Source: Chrysemys picta bellii (Eukaryota). From it: a DNA stretch of 64,000 nt. Under the pieces are notes generated by a model. It ran no database searches, was not told where the DNA came from, and was given only the letters and a program-made list of their open reading frames with translations. Location: contig NC_088803.1 in the NCBI RefSeq assembly GCF_011386835.1, forward strand, positions 37,696,001 through 37,760,000. Direction: 5' to 3'. The position numbers and the translations under genes were made by a program. Positions 47,723 to 58,260 of the stretch are shown in pieces; within the stretch, counting starts at the first letter, position 1, and each line of letters opens with the position of its first letter.

Positions 47723-49462
47723 TTAAACAACTACTGTATGTTGGGCAAAATTCTGCTCTGTTATGCTGGTGATTCCGCTTAAGTCAGAAACCTAGAGTAA
47801 TTACATTAAAGTCTGTGGAGTTGCTCCAGACTTGCACGGCTTACACTTACACTGAAGCAAAAAGCAGAATTTGGCTCATTGTATCCAGCTGAATAATAGG
47901 AAAATTTCCTGGCAGCAATAGAGATCGGTCGGTCGGTCATTCTGATTATTTTAAGGTTTTCTTTAACATTCATGTCCATAATATCTAGAGGCTTAGTCAA
48001 AAGCTCTTTGGAAAGATTCCTCAAAAATTTACGTTATGGAATGGAATTTGGGACACTTAAAATTGCAATGAAAAAAGTAATGGAGAATGTTCTGTGGAGT
48101 TTTGCCCTAAGTGGATGGATAGTCTAGCCAGACTTTACAGACCTGGGTAAATAATTCATTTCTCTTTGCAGGGTGTAACAGAATGAACAGATTGCAATTT
48201 TCTCAAATGTATTCGTCAGCCAAGATTATTCAATGAAATTTGTCTTGAACATCAATTACTCTCTGATTTGCTATTTGAAAATCCAAAATCTGAGCTAAGT
48301 TGTGATTGGCTACATAGTTTTATTTGTGCTTCTTGTTTGGAAGAGTGTAACCCTTATGACCACATTTCTGATGTGAAAGTTCATTATCCATGGGCATTTG
48401 AGTGGAAGTTTAAAGATATACTTACCCTGCACTAGTGAAATCCAATTGCTTGCATGTTAAAAGAAAGTGAACACAAAAGGGAGGAGTGAACATCAAGGAA
48501 GCAACTGAGTCAATAAATTTGAACTAGTATTAATAGAAATATTTTTCAGTATATGTTTGGCTCCTGTCTTGTCCATCTCTAGCATCTATAAGATTCATGA
48601 AATGATAGAACACATTAATCACTTCAGCAGTGGTTCCTATATTTGAGTGTACATGACTGTATAGAAACAAAGTGTGTAAACTATATGGTGGAATTCAGCT
48701 AAGTTACACCAGTGTAAATCTAGAATAACTCCATTGTTTATACTGGAATTACCCCAAAGTAATTGAGAATGAGTCTGTTACTCATAAAAAAGATTGCTGT
48801 CTTTTCTATTTAGAATAGATATTTGTCATGGGGAAATCAAGCATTAGCAATGCCAGAACTTCACTGTTGTGTAGCCTCTGCAATGCGGCCTATTCAAATG
48901 TAATCATGTACCTTACCTGAACTTGCAGGAGCCTTCATCTTTTGAGGGGACAGGGACTGTAATTCATTGTTTTATTATTATTACAGAGACAGTCATTTCT
49001 TGCTAAACAGTGCTGAGTGATGTGTGGTGATTTTATGATTTTACGTCAGGATTAGGGCATTGGAGCTAAACTCATTTTCCTTAAAGTCACAAACCATGGT
49101 TCATGGACCATGCTGATAAAAAGCAAATGATTTTATTCAGTTCACATTAAATTCAAACTTCAGGCCCTGGAGAAATAATGTATTAACACGTATCTTATAG
49201 AGCTGAATTCTTCTAGGAATATAAATCCTTCAGCAGGTGGAGGAGAGAGAATGCAAAATCTTTTTAGGAACATAGCATTTTGTTCTGAAGTAGGTGTTGT
49301 ACTATAAATGGAGTTAAATGAAATTTATAATGTGGGGGTGCAGTCTTCATGAAAACCATGTACGTTACTCCCATTAGATTCGAAAGCAGCTATGTTTATA
49401 CCCTATCAAGTCATTTGTAATGCACCTCAACATCCTAGGAGAAAAAGACTGACAGATATAAA

Positions 49463-49534
49463 GGGCCTGATGCGAAACCTGTTGACATCAACAGAAAGAT
49501 TCCCACTGACTTTAATGGACTTTGGAGCTGGGCC
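49463..49534. mobile_element. Short hairpin MITE
   Basis: GGGCCTGAT...TTGACATCAAC / CTGACTTTAAT...CTGGGCC. Confidence 0.6.
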
Positions 49535-49617
49535 AAATATTGTGAACCTAAGGCCAGAACCACAGCATGTGTGATGCTACAGTTCCACTGAATGGACTTG
49601 CACTAGCTGCTTTTCCA

Positions 49618-49926
49618 GCTAATTTGCACTGTAGTGTCCAGGAAGTGGATCTCTTGTGTGGACTGGTCCAGGCTGAAGTTGATGGTGGGGTGGAAATTGT
49701 TGAAATCCAGGCAGAATTTTTCAAGGGCCTCCTTCCCATGGGTCCATATGATGAAGATGTCATCGATGTAGTGCAAGTAGAGGAGGGGCGCTAGGGGATG
49801 AGAGCTGAGGAAGCTTTGTTTTAAGTCAACCATAAAAATGTTGGCATACTGTGGGGCCATGCGTGTACCCATAGCAGTGTCGCTAACATGAAGGTATAAC
49901 TTGTCCCCAAATCTGAAATGGTTATA
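49618..49926 (-). mobile_element. Penelope-like element: inverted 5' RT segment
   Basis: Minus-strand translation HFRFGDKLYL..TAMGTRMAPQYANIFM..LLYLHYIDDIFIIWTHG..FNNFHPTINF..EIHFLDTTVQIS matches PLE RT motifs. Confidence 0.92.
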
Positions 49927-49936
49927 CTTACACTAA

Positions 49937-51020
49937 ATTGATGACATCTTCATCATATGGATCCACTGGAAGGAGGCCTTTAAAAAATTCCACCTTGATT
50001 TAAACAATTTCCACCCCACCATCAACCTCAGTCTGGACCAGTCCACACAAGAGATCCACTTCCTGGACACTACAATGCAAATTAGTGATGGTCACATAAA
50101 CACCACCATATACTAGAAACCTACTGACTTCTATACTTACCTACATGCCTCCAGCTTCCATCCAGGACATATCACATGACCCATTGTCTACACCAAGCCC
50201 TAAGATACAACTGAATTTGCTCCAATCCCTCAGACAAACACCTACAAGATCTTTATCAACCATTCTTAAAACTACAATACCCACCTGAGGAAGTGAGGAA
50301 ACAGATTGACAGAGCGAGACGGTACCCAGAAATCACCTACTACAGGACAGGCTCAACAAGGAAAATAACAGAACACCACTGGCCATCACGTACAGCCCCC
50401 AGCTAAAACCTCTTCAGCACATCATCAATGATCTACACCCTGTCCTGGAAAACGATCCCTCATTCTCACAGACCTTGGGAGGCAGGCCAGTCCGCACTTA
50501 CAGACAGCCCCCCAACCTGAAGCAAATACTCATCAGCAACTACGCACCACGCCACAGAAACACTAACCCAGGAAGCAATCCCTGTAACAAACCCCGTTGT
50601 CTATTCTGTCCCCATATCTACTCTAGCGACACTATCAGAGGACCCAACCACATGAGCCACACCATCAGGGATTCATTCACCTGCACATCTACTAATGTGA
50701 TATATGCCATCATGTGCCAGCAATGCCCCTCTGCCATGTACATTGGCCAAATTGGACAGTCTCTTCGTAAAAGAATAAATGGACACAAATTGGACATCAG
50801 GAATGGTAACATACAAAAGCCAGTAGGAGAACACTTCAATCTCCCTGGACATTCTATAACAGACTTAACAGTAGCCATACTTCAACAAAAAAAACTTCAA
50901 AAACAGACCTCAAAGAGAAACTGCAGAACTAAAATTCATTTGCAAATTTAACACCATTAATTTGGGCTTGAATAGGGACTGGGAGTGGCTGGCTCACTAA
51001 CAAAAGCAACTTTCCCTCTC
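49937..51020 (+). mobile_element. Penelope-like element 3' half: RT C-terminus, Cys linker and GIY-YIG endonuclease (disrupted)
   Basis: IDDIFIIW...FLDTT. Linker PCNKPRCLFCPHI. Endonuclease FTCTSTNVIYAIMCQQCPSAMYIGQ..SLRKRINGHK..KPVGEHFNLPGHS (ORF 50475-50951). The Cys-rich linker suggests the Neptune clade (inference). Confidence 0.93.
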
Positions 51021-51025
51021 ATCAG

Positions 51026-51249
51026 CGGGGCTGGCTCCAGGCACCAGCTTACCAAGCAGGTGCTTGGGGCGGCCACTTCGGAGAGGGGCGGCACGTCCAG
51101 CTGTTCGGCGGCAATTCGGCAGATGGTCCCTCACTCCTGCTCAGAGCGAAGGACCTCCCGCCAAATTTCCGCCGCAGATCGCGATTGTGATCGCGGCTTT
51201 TTTGTTTGTTTGGCTGCTTGGGGCGGCCATAACCCTGGAGCCGGCCGTG
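51026..51249. mobile_element. DNA transposon MITE (probably hAT), 224 bp, CpG-rich
   Basis: TIRs CGGGGCTGGCTCCAGG / CCTGGAGCCGGCCGTG. Flanks CTCATCAG / CTTACCAG are a 6/8 match to an 8-bp TSD. Confidence 0.75.
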
Positions 51250-51254
51250 CTTAC

Positions 51255-51298
51255 CAGAGGGGTAGCTGTGTTAGTCTGGATCTGTAAAAAGCAACAAA
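51255..51298 (-). mobile_element. Inverted Penelope terminus fragment
   Basis: CAGAGGGGTAGCTGTGTTAGTCTGGATCTGTAAAAAG resembles the reverse complement of CTTTTTGCGGATACAGACTAACACGGCTGCTACTCTG seen at 18527-18562. Confidence 0.7.
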
Positions 51299-51707
51299 GG
51301 CCTTGGCTACACTTGCAGATGTACAGCGCTGTGAGTTAAACCTGACTTCGTGCAGCTGAGTAGGGAAAGCGCTGCAGTCTGTCCACGCTGACAGCTGCCC
51401 AGCGCACTGTTGTGGCCACATTTGCGGCAATTGCAGCGCTATTGGGAGCGGTGCATTATGGGCTGCTATCCCACAGAGCACCTTTTCCCATTCTGGCACC
51501 ATGGGTTGTGGGAAGGGGGCGTGGGTGTGGGGCATTCTGGGTCCTGTCCGAACGCTCCGTGATGCATCGCTTCACATCCCAGAAATCCCTTTGTTTCCGT
51601 TCACCTTTGGCGCCATCTTTCAACGGTTTCTGTGCAGCGCGATCTGTCTGCAGGAAATGGAGCCTGAACTGCTGAGGCGTATGCTGACTTATCTCGCCAG
51701 CACATCA
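51299..51707. mobile_element. Harbinger-type element, one end (truncated)
   Basis: TIR-like GGCCTTGGCTACACTTGC and internal GC-rich palindromes. Other end absent. Confidence 0.6.
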
Positions 51708-51711
51708 AATT

Positions 51712-51787
51712 TCCTTGGCTTTGCCTCAGTGCAGGGGGGTCGACTTGATGACTTCTTGGGGTCCCTTCCAGCCTTACCTTTCTATTA
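51712..51787 (+). mobile_element. CR1-type 3' UTR fragment
   Basis: CAGTGCAGGGGGGTCGACTTGATGACTTCTTGGGGTCCCTTCCAGCCTTACCTTTCTAT has the CR1 3' hairpin and tail pattern. Confidence 0.75.
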
Positions 51788-52269
51788 CATTATTTTTTCC
51801 AGAATTTCTTTTCAGAGTGTATATATCCCTCACTGGATAATACCAGACTCCAGTGCTGGTCATGATTACAAGTTAAGAAAGGGTTAAGGTAATATCACTG
51901 GAAAAATCTGCAGAAAAAAATAGTGGAAAGAGGAATTCAATGAAAGCACAGATTACTATCTGACACCAAATAATATAGCTGAGTTTGTTTGTGGGAAGAG
52001 AGCAGCATTCATCTTGGGTGCCAAGGAAGAAGTGGAATGACTGTAAATGGGGGGAAAATAGGGTATAGGACTTGGGTAGCATACCTTTAAATATTTTGTT
52101 AGCCCTCTAGTGGCTCTCACTGTCTTCTGTGTTTAGAAACATGCCACATTAGCAGTTTGGGTATGAAGAGAGCTTTTGCACATTGTATATATTTAGTGAA
52201 TGCAATTATTTGGGCCGCACTGTTCCTGTGTGGTTCCTACTAAACACAGCAATAAAAGACACACAAATT

Positions 52270-53770
52270 CGCAATAAGACTGATTTGGGGAACTGACACT
52301 CACTAATAAGGCAAATATGTCTTCCATTCTAGGTAAAAGATACTGCAATGCTTGAAATCACCACAAATACAGACAGCCTCATTCTTTTTCTGGCACTGCA
52401 GGGGTGTTCCACTCTCTCCATTTCACCTTGGATATAATTCCAGAGTCCGGAAAGTGCTGAAGTTTTTCTCTACCTTTGCCCATATCCCATCCGGTACTGG
52501 AGGAGTTTTGCAAAATTTAGGAATTTCTTCCTCTTCAAGCACATTTGTTGCTTTTATATGTTTAATACCATCCTGAAAGACATCAGCTTCCTTGTCCAAA
52601 AGTTCAGTTAAGTTTTGTTTGGGGCCAAAGTTCATTACTGTTTTTAAACCTGCAGCCATGTGATGCTTTGCTGGTCTAGCTAAACCTCTCTCAGCCTTTC
52701 TCTACCAAGGAATGCAAGACACCTTGCTTCACAACATAGCGGTTTAGCATGTGTTATTTACAGTTATGTTACCTTCTCTGTAATAACACGCAGGGGAGTG
52801 AGGACTGCTCCTGTATATGTTGTCAGTAGCCCTAACGTCTTCCGCAACTTCACATTTTTAAGTAGTCTCTGATAATCCTTCTATAAAATTACAGACACAG
52901 CAGACTCTGTATCAAGCTGCATTTTAAGTCTTCCTCCTTCCACTGGTAAAGAAATCCAGTTGTCTTCTAAATTAAACAGTTGTAGAGATGCTGTAACATT
53001 CTTAGAATACTCAATGTTCTCATCGTCAAGTTGATGGATCTGAAATCCACTAGTATGCCCTCTTGACGTGTCTGTAGTGCAGCTGAGTGAAAAAAGTACA
53101 TGTTCTGTCTCTGTGTGTGCCCCAGTTTGCTGCCCTTTCTGCTGGGGTTGTCCTTGAGACAGTGATCATTTGCATGGGAAAATCGTTTGCCACAATGAAA
53201 GCATACACTCTTTGGGTGTTGTCCATGTTGTGCTTTCTGCTCGGCTCCCAGTTATTTATTGTACAGATACCAAGCATCATGTAATATTTTGCCACTGTCT
53301 TGATTCAGCAGCATCTAATGCACATTTTGGGGTCAAATCAGCCTCAGTCAATAGCTATTTTTAGATTGCTTCACTCTGTGTACCACTCACCAACTGATCC
53401 CTTAATACATCATTTAAACTCTCTCCAAACTGGCAATGCACATTTCCTGAATTCAGTCACATATTCAGAAATTGTTTCACTTTATTTTTGACTTCTTTTA
53501 TAAAAGCAGAAATGCTCTGCAATCAGCAGTGGCTTTGGGGATAGGTGATTTTGTAGAACTTCCACTTAAAATATGAGTCTGTGGGTTTTTCAGGAGCTCT
53601 TGGGCTACACAGCAGGTTGTGTTTTAGTCCCCATTACACTCAGTAAAACTGTCACTTTTTATCATTTATCCCCTTAGCTATTATACACCGTACCAGTCTT
53701 TTGATATAGATGGGCCAGTCCTCCACTAAGTTATCAAACACCTCTGTTTTTCCCAAATAGCCAAACATTT
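52270..53770 (-). pseudogene. Old Gypsy (Mag-like) gag-protease-RT relic, no LTR found
   Basis: Minus strand, across frameshifts: MFGYLGKTEVFDNLVEDWPIYIKRL; KKVTVLLSVMG; HLSPKPLLIAEHF; ETISEYVTEFRK..QFGESLNDVLRDQLVSG; CFHCGK; MQLDTESAVSV (protease); LLDKEADVFQDG..PKFCKTPPVP; ICGDFK..YLLPRMEDIFA (RT start). Confidence 0.85.
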
Positions 53771-54669
53771 TCACTTCCTTTTTTTTCTTTCCAAATGAGC
53801 AGTCCCAGTGGCTGCGTTGTGCAGTTTCCTTTACAGTTTCTAGGACTCTGCAGTCACTCTGTCTTTTGAGGTGGGCAGAATTTTTCAGCCAAATTTTTTT
53901 TTCACCCAAAAATGTAGATTTGGATTGACTGATATATTTCGTGAATTCATGTCAATTTCAGTGAACTGTTTTTTTTTTTTTTCATTTCATCTGAAACAAT
54001 TTAGGAAACGCGGTAACAGTTTATTTTGACATTTCTGAAATGTTTCAAATTTTGGTGGCTGGATCCATAAGGGGGTTTAGGTGCCACCCCCTTACTTTCC
54101 AGTAGTGTTAAGGCATTCACCTGGGATGCGGGGCATCCAGCTTTCAAATCTGCTTTGGATTTCCATTTCCCCCAAGGGAGTGCCCTAACAGCCAGGCTGT
54201 AGGGTATTCTGGAGGGTGGGTCTCTCTGTCTCTTCTGTTGAAGCTGTTCCAGCTTGTATGAATGAATATTCACCGGAGGAGGGACTAGGACCCAGGTGTC
54301 TCCTCTCCCAGGTGAGTCCCTAATCACCATGCTATCAAGTCATTCTCTCTCCCTTTTTCTGGCCCACTGTTTACATAAAGTGGAACAACTTCAGCTGGAG
54401 AGATTGACAGAGATCTACATCCCCAGAATAGCCAATAGCCTGGCTATACACATCAAGGACCTATGATTTATCTCCATCTTTAAACTTTCCTGAATCAAAC
54501 AGTAGCTCTATTATCACAGTTCTCCATTGTGAGCCTCATCCCTGAGCTGGGAAGAGCAGCCTGTCTGTGGGTCCAGTTCATGCCTGATGTAACTCCACTG
54601 AAGCCAATGGAATTACATAAGGATGCATTGCCTATGTGTGTGTTTATTCAGTCTGCCATCATCTTAGAA

Positions 54670-56854
54670 CATAGGTGGGCAAGCTATGGCCCGTGGGCCA
54701 CATCCGGCCTGCGGGACCCTCCTGCCCAGCCCCTGAGCTCCTGCCCCAGGAGGCTAGCCCCTGGCCCCTCCCCTGCTGTTCCCCCTCCCCCTGACTGCCC
54801 CCCCGCTGCCCCATCCAACCCCCCTCTCCTTCCTGACTGCCCCCCGGAACCCCTGTCCCCATTCAACCCCCCCCTGTTCCCGCCCCGACCCCTATCCACA
54901 CCCCCGCCCCCTGCCCACCACCCCGAACTCCCCTGCCCTCTATCCAACTCACCCGCTCCCTCCCCCCTTACTGCACTGCCTGGAGCTCTGGTGGCTGGCG
55001 GCACTACAGCTGCACTGCCTAGAGCAGCAGGACAGGCAGCCATGCCACCTGGCTGGAGCCAGCCATGCCCCCGCGCATAGGGTTACCATACGTCCTCTTT
55101 TTCCCGGACATGTCCGGCTTTTCAGCAATCAAACCCCCGTCCGGGGGGAATTGCTGAAAAGCCACACATGTCCGGGAAAATGGCCGGCACTTCCTCTCCC
55201 CCTGTGGCTCTGCTCCACTCCTCCTCTCTCAGATTTACAGAGCCAAGCTGCCCGAGCAAGCGCTACTGGCTTCGGGCAGCTCCCCCCCCCCCGCCTCCGG
55301 ACCCCGAGCCCCCAGCCAGGCACTTCTCCTACCCGGCTCCAGCTGAGCTGCTCCCACGGTGCAGGGTCCGGAGGCAGGGGGGAGGCTGCCTGAAGCCGGT
55401 AACGCTGGCTCCTGCAGCTCTGCTCTGTAAGTCTGAGGGGGCGGAGCCGAGCAGCTCGGCTGGAGCTGGGGAAGGGACGTGTCCAGCCAGCTCTGGGTCC
55501 TGAGGTAGGGGAGGGCTGCCAGAAGCCAGCAGCTCGGCTCTTACAGTCTGAGCTGGCAGGAGCAGCTCAGCTGGAGCCCAGGTAGGAGAAGTGCCTGAAG
55601 CCGGTAGCACTAGGGCAGCTTGGCTCTTAAACAGAGCCGAAGAGTCAGGGAGCAGCAGCAGTCGCCAGAGCCTGCTCTAAGGTAAGCCAGGGATGCCAGC
55701 AAAGCTGGGAGTACCATGCGCCGCTGATTGCACAGGTGGGGGGCAGCGCTGGGGGAGCTGCTCCGGGGAGTCGCCAAAAAGCACTGACTGTGGTGGGGGA
55801 GGAGGGGAGGGCAGTGTGAAAAAGGCAGGAGTGTGCAGAGGGATCAGAGCTCTGGCTGCGATGGGCATCGGGCTGCCTTGCCTGCAAGTGGATCAGAGCT
55901 CCTGGGGCTGGGGTGTGCTGTATGGCACTCAGCTCCCCATTTGTGATGAGACACAGCAGTGTGGTGGATCACTGCGAAATACCTGCCCAATCAGAGCTGC
56001 GGGGGCAGGGCTTGCAGGGGCTGGCTCCGACAGCTCCCATTGGAGCTTTTCCCAGCCAATGGGAGCCTCTGAGCTTGGCTTGTGGCGGGCCCAGCACGTG
56101 GAGACCCTGGCTGCCCCTGATCCTAGGAGCAAACACAATGCCAAAACGAAAATACAAAGTTCACTACATATAAAGAATTACGTTTTAGAATTAAAGAATT
56201 AAATAGCTCAAAATGTCCGGGATTTTACCGGGCAGGGAGGAGAACTGGGTGCTCCAAGGCATCTGGGGAGCTGGGAAACAGAACAGTGTGAGCTGCGTGT
56301 CCTGACCGCTCCCAAAAACTGAGCGCCGGGGCAGATCCTCCACTGAGCAGCTTCATTAAAGTCATGGGAGTCTATACTAGTGGAGTGCCTGACTTTAGAA
56401 TTGGTGCAGCTGTTTCGTGTGGCTGGGAGGGAGGAGGGGGAATGTGGGGTGCTCAGGGGAGGGGGCGGAGACTTTGGGGAAGGGGTTGGAATGGGGGCAG
56501 GGAAGGGGCGGAGTTGGGCGGGGCCGGGGGTGGGGAAAGGGGTGGGACCGGGGGAGGGGAAGGGGCGGAGTTGGGGCGGGGCCGGGGCCCCATGGAGTGT
56601 CCTCTTTTTTCAATGTTCAAATATGGTAACCCTACCCGCGCAGGACAGAGCACCGGGTCAGGCCGCGGCTCTGCATCTGCGCTGCCCGGCAAGAGCTCGC
56701 AGCCCCGCCGCCCAGAGCATTGTGCTGGCGGCGGGGTGAGCTGAGGCTGCGGGGGAGGGGGAACAGCAGGGGAGGTGTCGGGGGCTAGCCTCCCGGGGCA
56801 GGAGCTCAGGGGCCAGGCAGGAGGGTCCCGCAGGCCATAGTTTGCCTACCTCTG
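54670..56854. mobile_element. hAT (Charlie-type) MITE expanded by a nested element
   Basis: TIRs CATAGGTGGGCAAGCTATGGCC / GGCCATAGTTTGCCTACCTCTG and long subterminal inverted segments. Flanks TCTTAGAA / TACTAGGG are only a weak TSD match. Confidence 0.8.
55078..56634. mobile_element. hAT-Blackjack-type non-autonomous element (1557 bp), nested
   Basis: TIRs TAGGGTTACCATA / TATGGTAACCCTA. Perfect 8-bp TSD CCCGCGCA (55070-55077 / 56635-56642). Confidence 0.92.
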
Positions 56855-57956
56855 TACTAGGGCCTTATTGCTCCATATGTACATAAAGCAGTCCTCCAAA
56901 TGTGCACAAAAATGGGAGTGCATCTTGCTGGCAGCCATCCCCTGGGTGTAAGGATGAAGTGATAGGTGCACAGACAGCATGAGCTGAGTATAATGGCCAG
57001 ATGTGGTCAATGACAAGTGATGGAAACATTGAAAAAGCAGTGGCAGAAACCACATTCTGAAAACTGGTGCAGGTGTTGATGTTTAATCAGACACAAGCTA
57101 TTGGGCTGTATACAGGTGTAACTAGGTAATGTCTAATGCACTGATATTCTTAAGGATCTTTGCTTTCAGTTTATATTTTGTTTAAAATTTCTTGAGAATT
57201 TATAGGTATTTATTACAAAAAATGAAAAAGTGGGTGAAAATCAGTGCAAAAAATTAACTTCACAGTTTTCTGGGTAAATATGAGTTCATATTGGGGGATG
57301 GGAGGGCAGAAAAAAGCAACAGAGAAAAGTAAGAGTATGAAAAGTGAAAGCAGTTTAATGCAGGGTGGTCCCCCAGAGGCCGGACCCAGGTTACCAAAGT
57401 ACTATTGTTCCTTCCGAAGAGGGGAGCTTGCTCCAGGGAGTTCTAGTACTTTTCTTGTACTTGAGTAGTCCACAATTTGGGTGAAAATTGGTAGAAACCA
57501 AATAGCTTTTGTAAAACATGGAAATGTTTCTGCAAAACTGTGAACAAAAGGCCTTAAATATACTGAAGGTCAGACTAGATGATTTAATGGAAGTTTCTGA
57601 CCTTAAACTCTATGAATCTACGATATGTAGCATGGGATCATGACTGGCAGGGATTCCACAGAGAGCGGATCAATGAGTGCTGTGTTAGCCACTATCTCTG
57701 ACTGGTATAGGTTAAAGGTGCCCGTGTCAGCTGTCAGTTACGCTCTCCTTTCCTCTGTCAAAATGCCCTCTTTGTGGACCCTTCAGTGCGTAGATGACGC
57801 AGTCCCTGGGATACACCATGTTGTGCCTGGAGGCGCTTTAGGCCTTTTTAAAGGTTTAGTTGGTATATTGAGCAGCTTTTTTTCTGCTGCATAACATTAG
57901 GAATGGGAGAACAAAAGATGCGTGTCTGACTTCTTCCAAAGCCCTATTTCTGACCT

Positions 57957-58260
57957 GGGAGGAATAATGGGTAATGCATTGGATTGGGACTTGGGATGTC
58001 TGTGTTCATAGCCTGGCTCCTGCTGCAAGTGTCCTCTGTGACCCTGGGTAACTCACTTAATCTCTCTGTGCATCTATTCTTCATCTGTGAAACAGGAACG
58101 ATCATACTTCTTTTCTCCGACTCTGTTTGTCTACTTACTGTGTCAGCTCTTCATGGCTGCAACTGTCTTTTACCATGTATGTAAAGCACCTAGCAAAACG
58201 GGGTCACAATCTTGGTTGGGGTCTGTAGAGGCTAGTGTAGTACAAATAGTAATTAATAAT
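57957..58260 (+). mobile_element. MIR-like CORE-SINE with L2-like tail
   Basis: Head, then CORE TGTGACCCTGGGTAACTCACTTAATCTCTCTGTGCATCTATTCTTCATCTGTGAAACAGG, then L2-like TGTAAAGCACCTAGCA...AATAGTAATTAATAAT. Confidence 0.75.

Noticed and set aside
48905-48960. Minus-strand micro-exon with a strong CAG|GTAAGG donor
   Set aside because: The acceptor is poor and the adjacent sequence looks like an L2/SINE tail. No supporting minus-strand exon chain.
54529-56744. Cluster of long overlapping Pro/Gly/Ala-rich ORFs and apparent CpG-island promoter
   Set aside because: Entirely within two nested hAT MITEs defined by TIRs and a TSD. GC-rich repeats lack stops in all frames. The same applies to 43418-43983 and 50985-51887.
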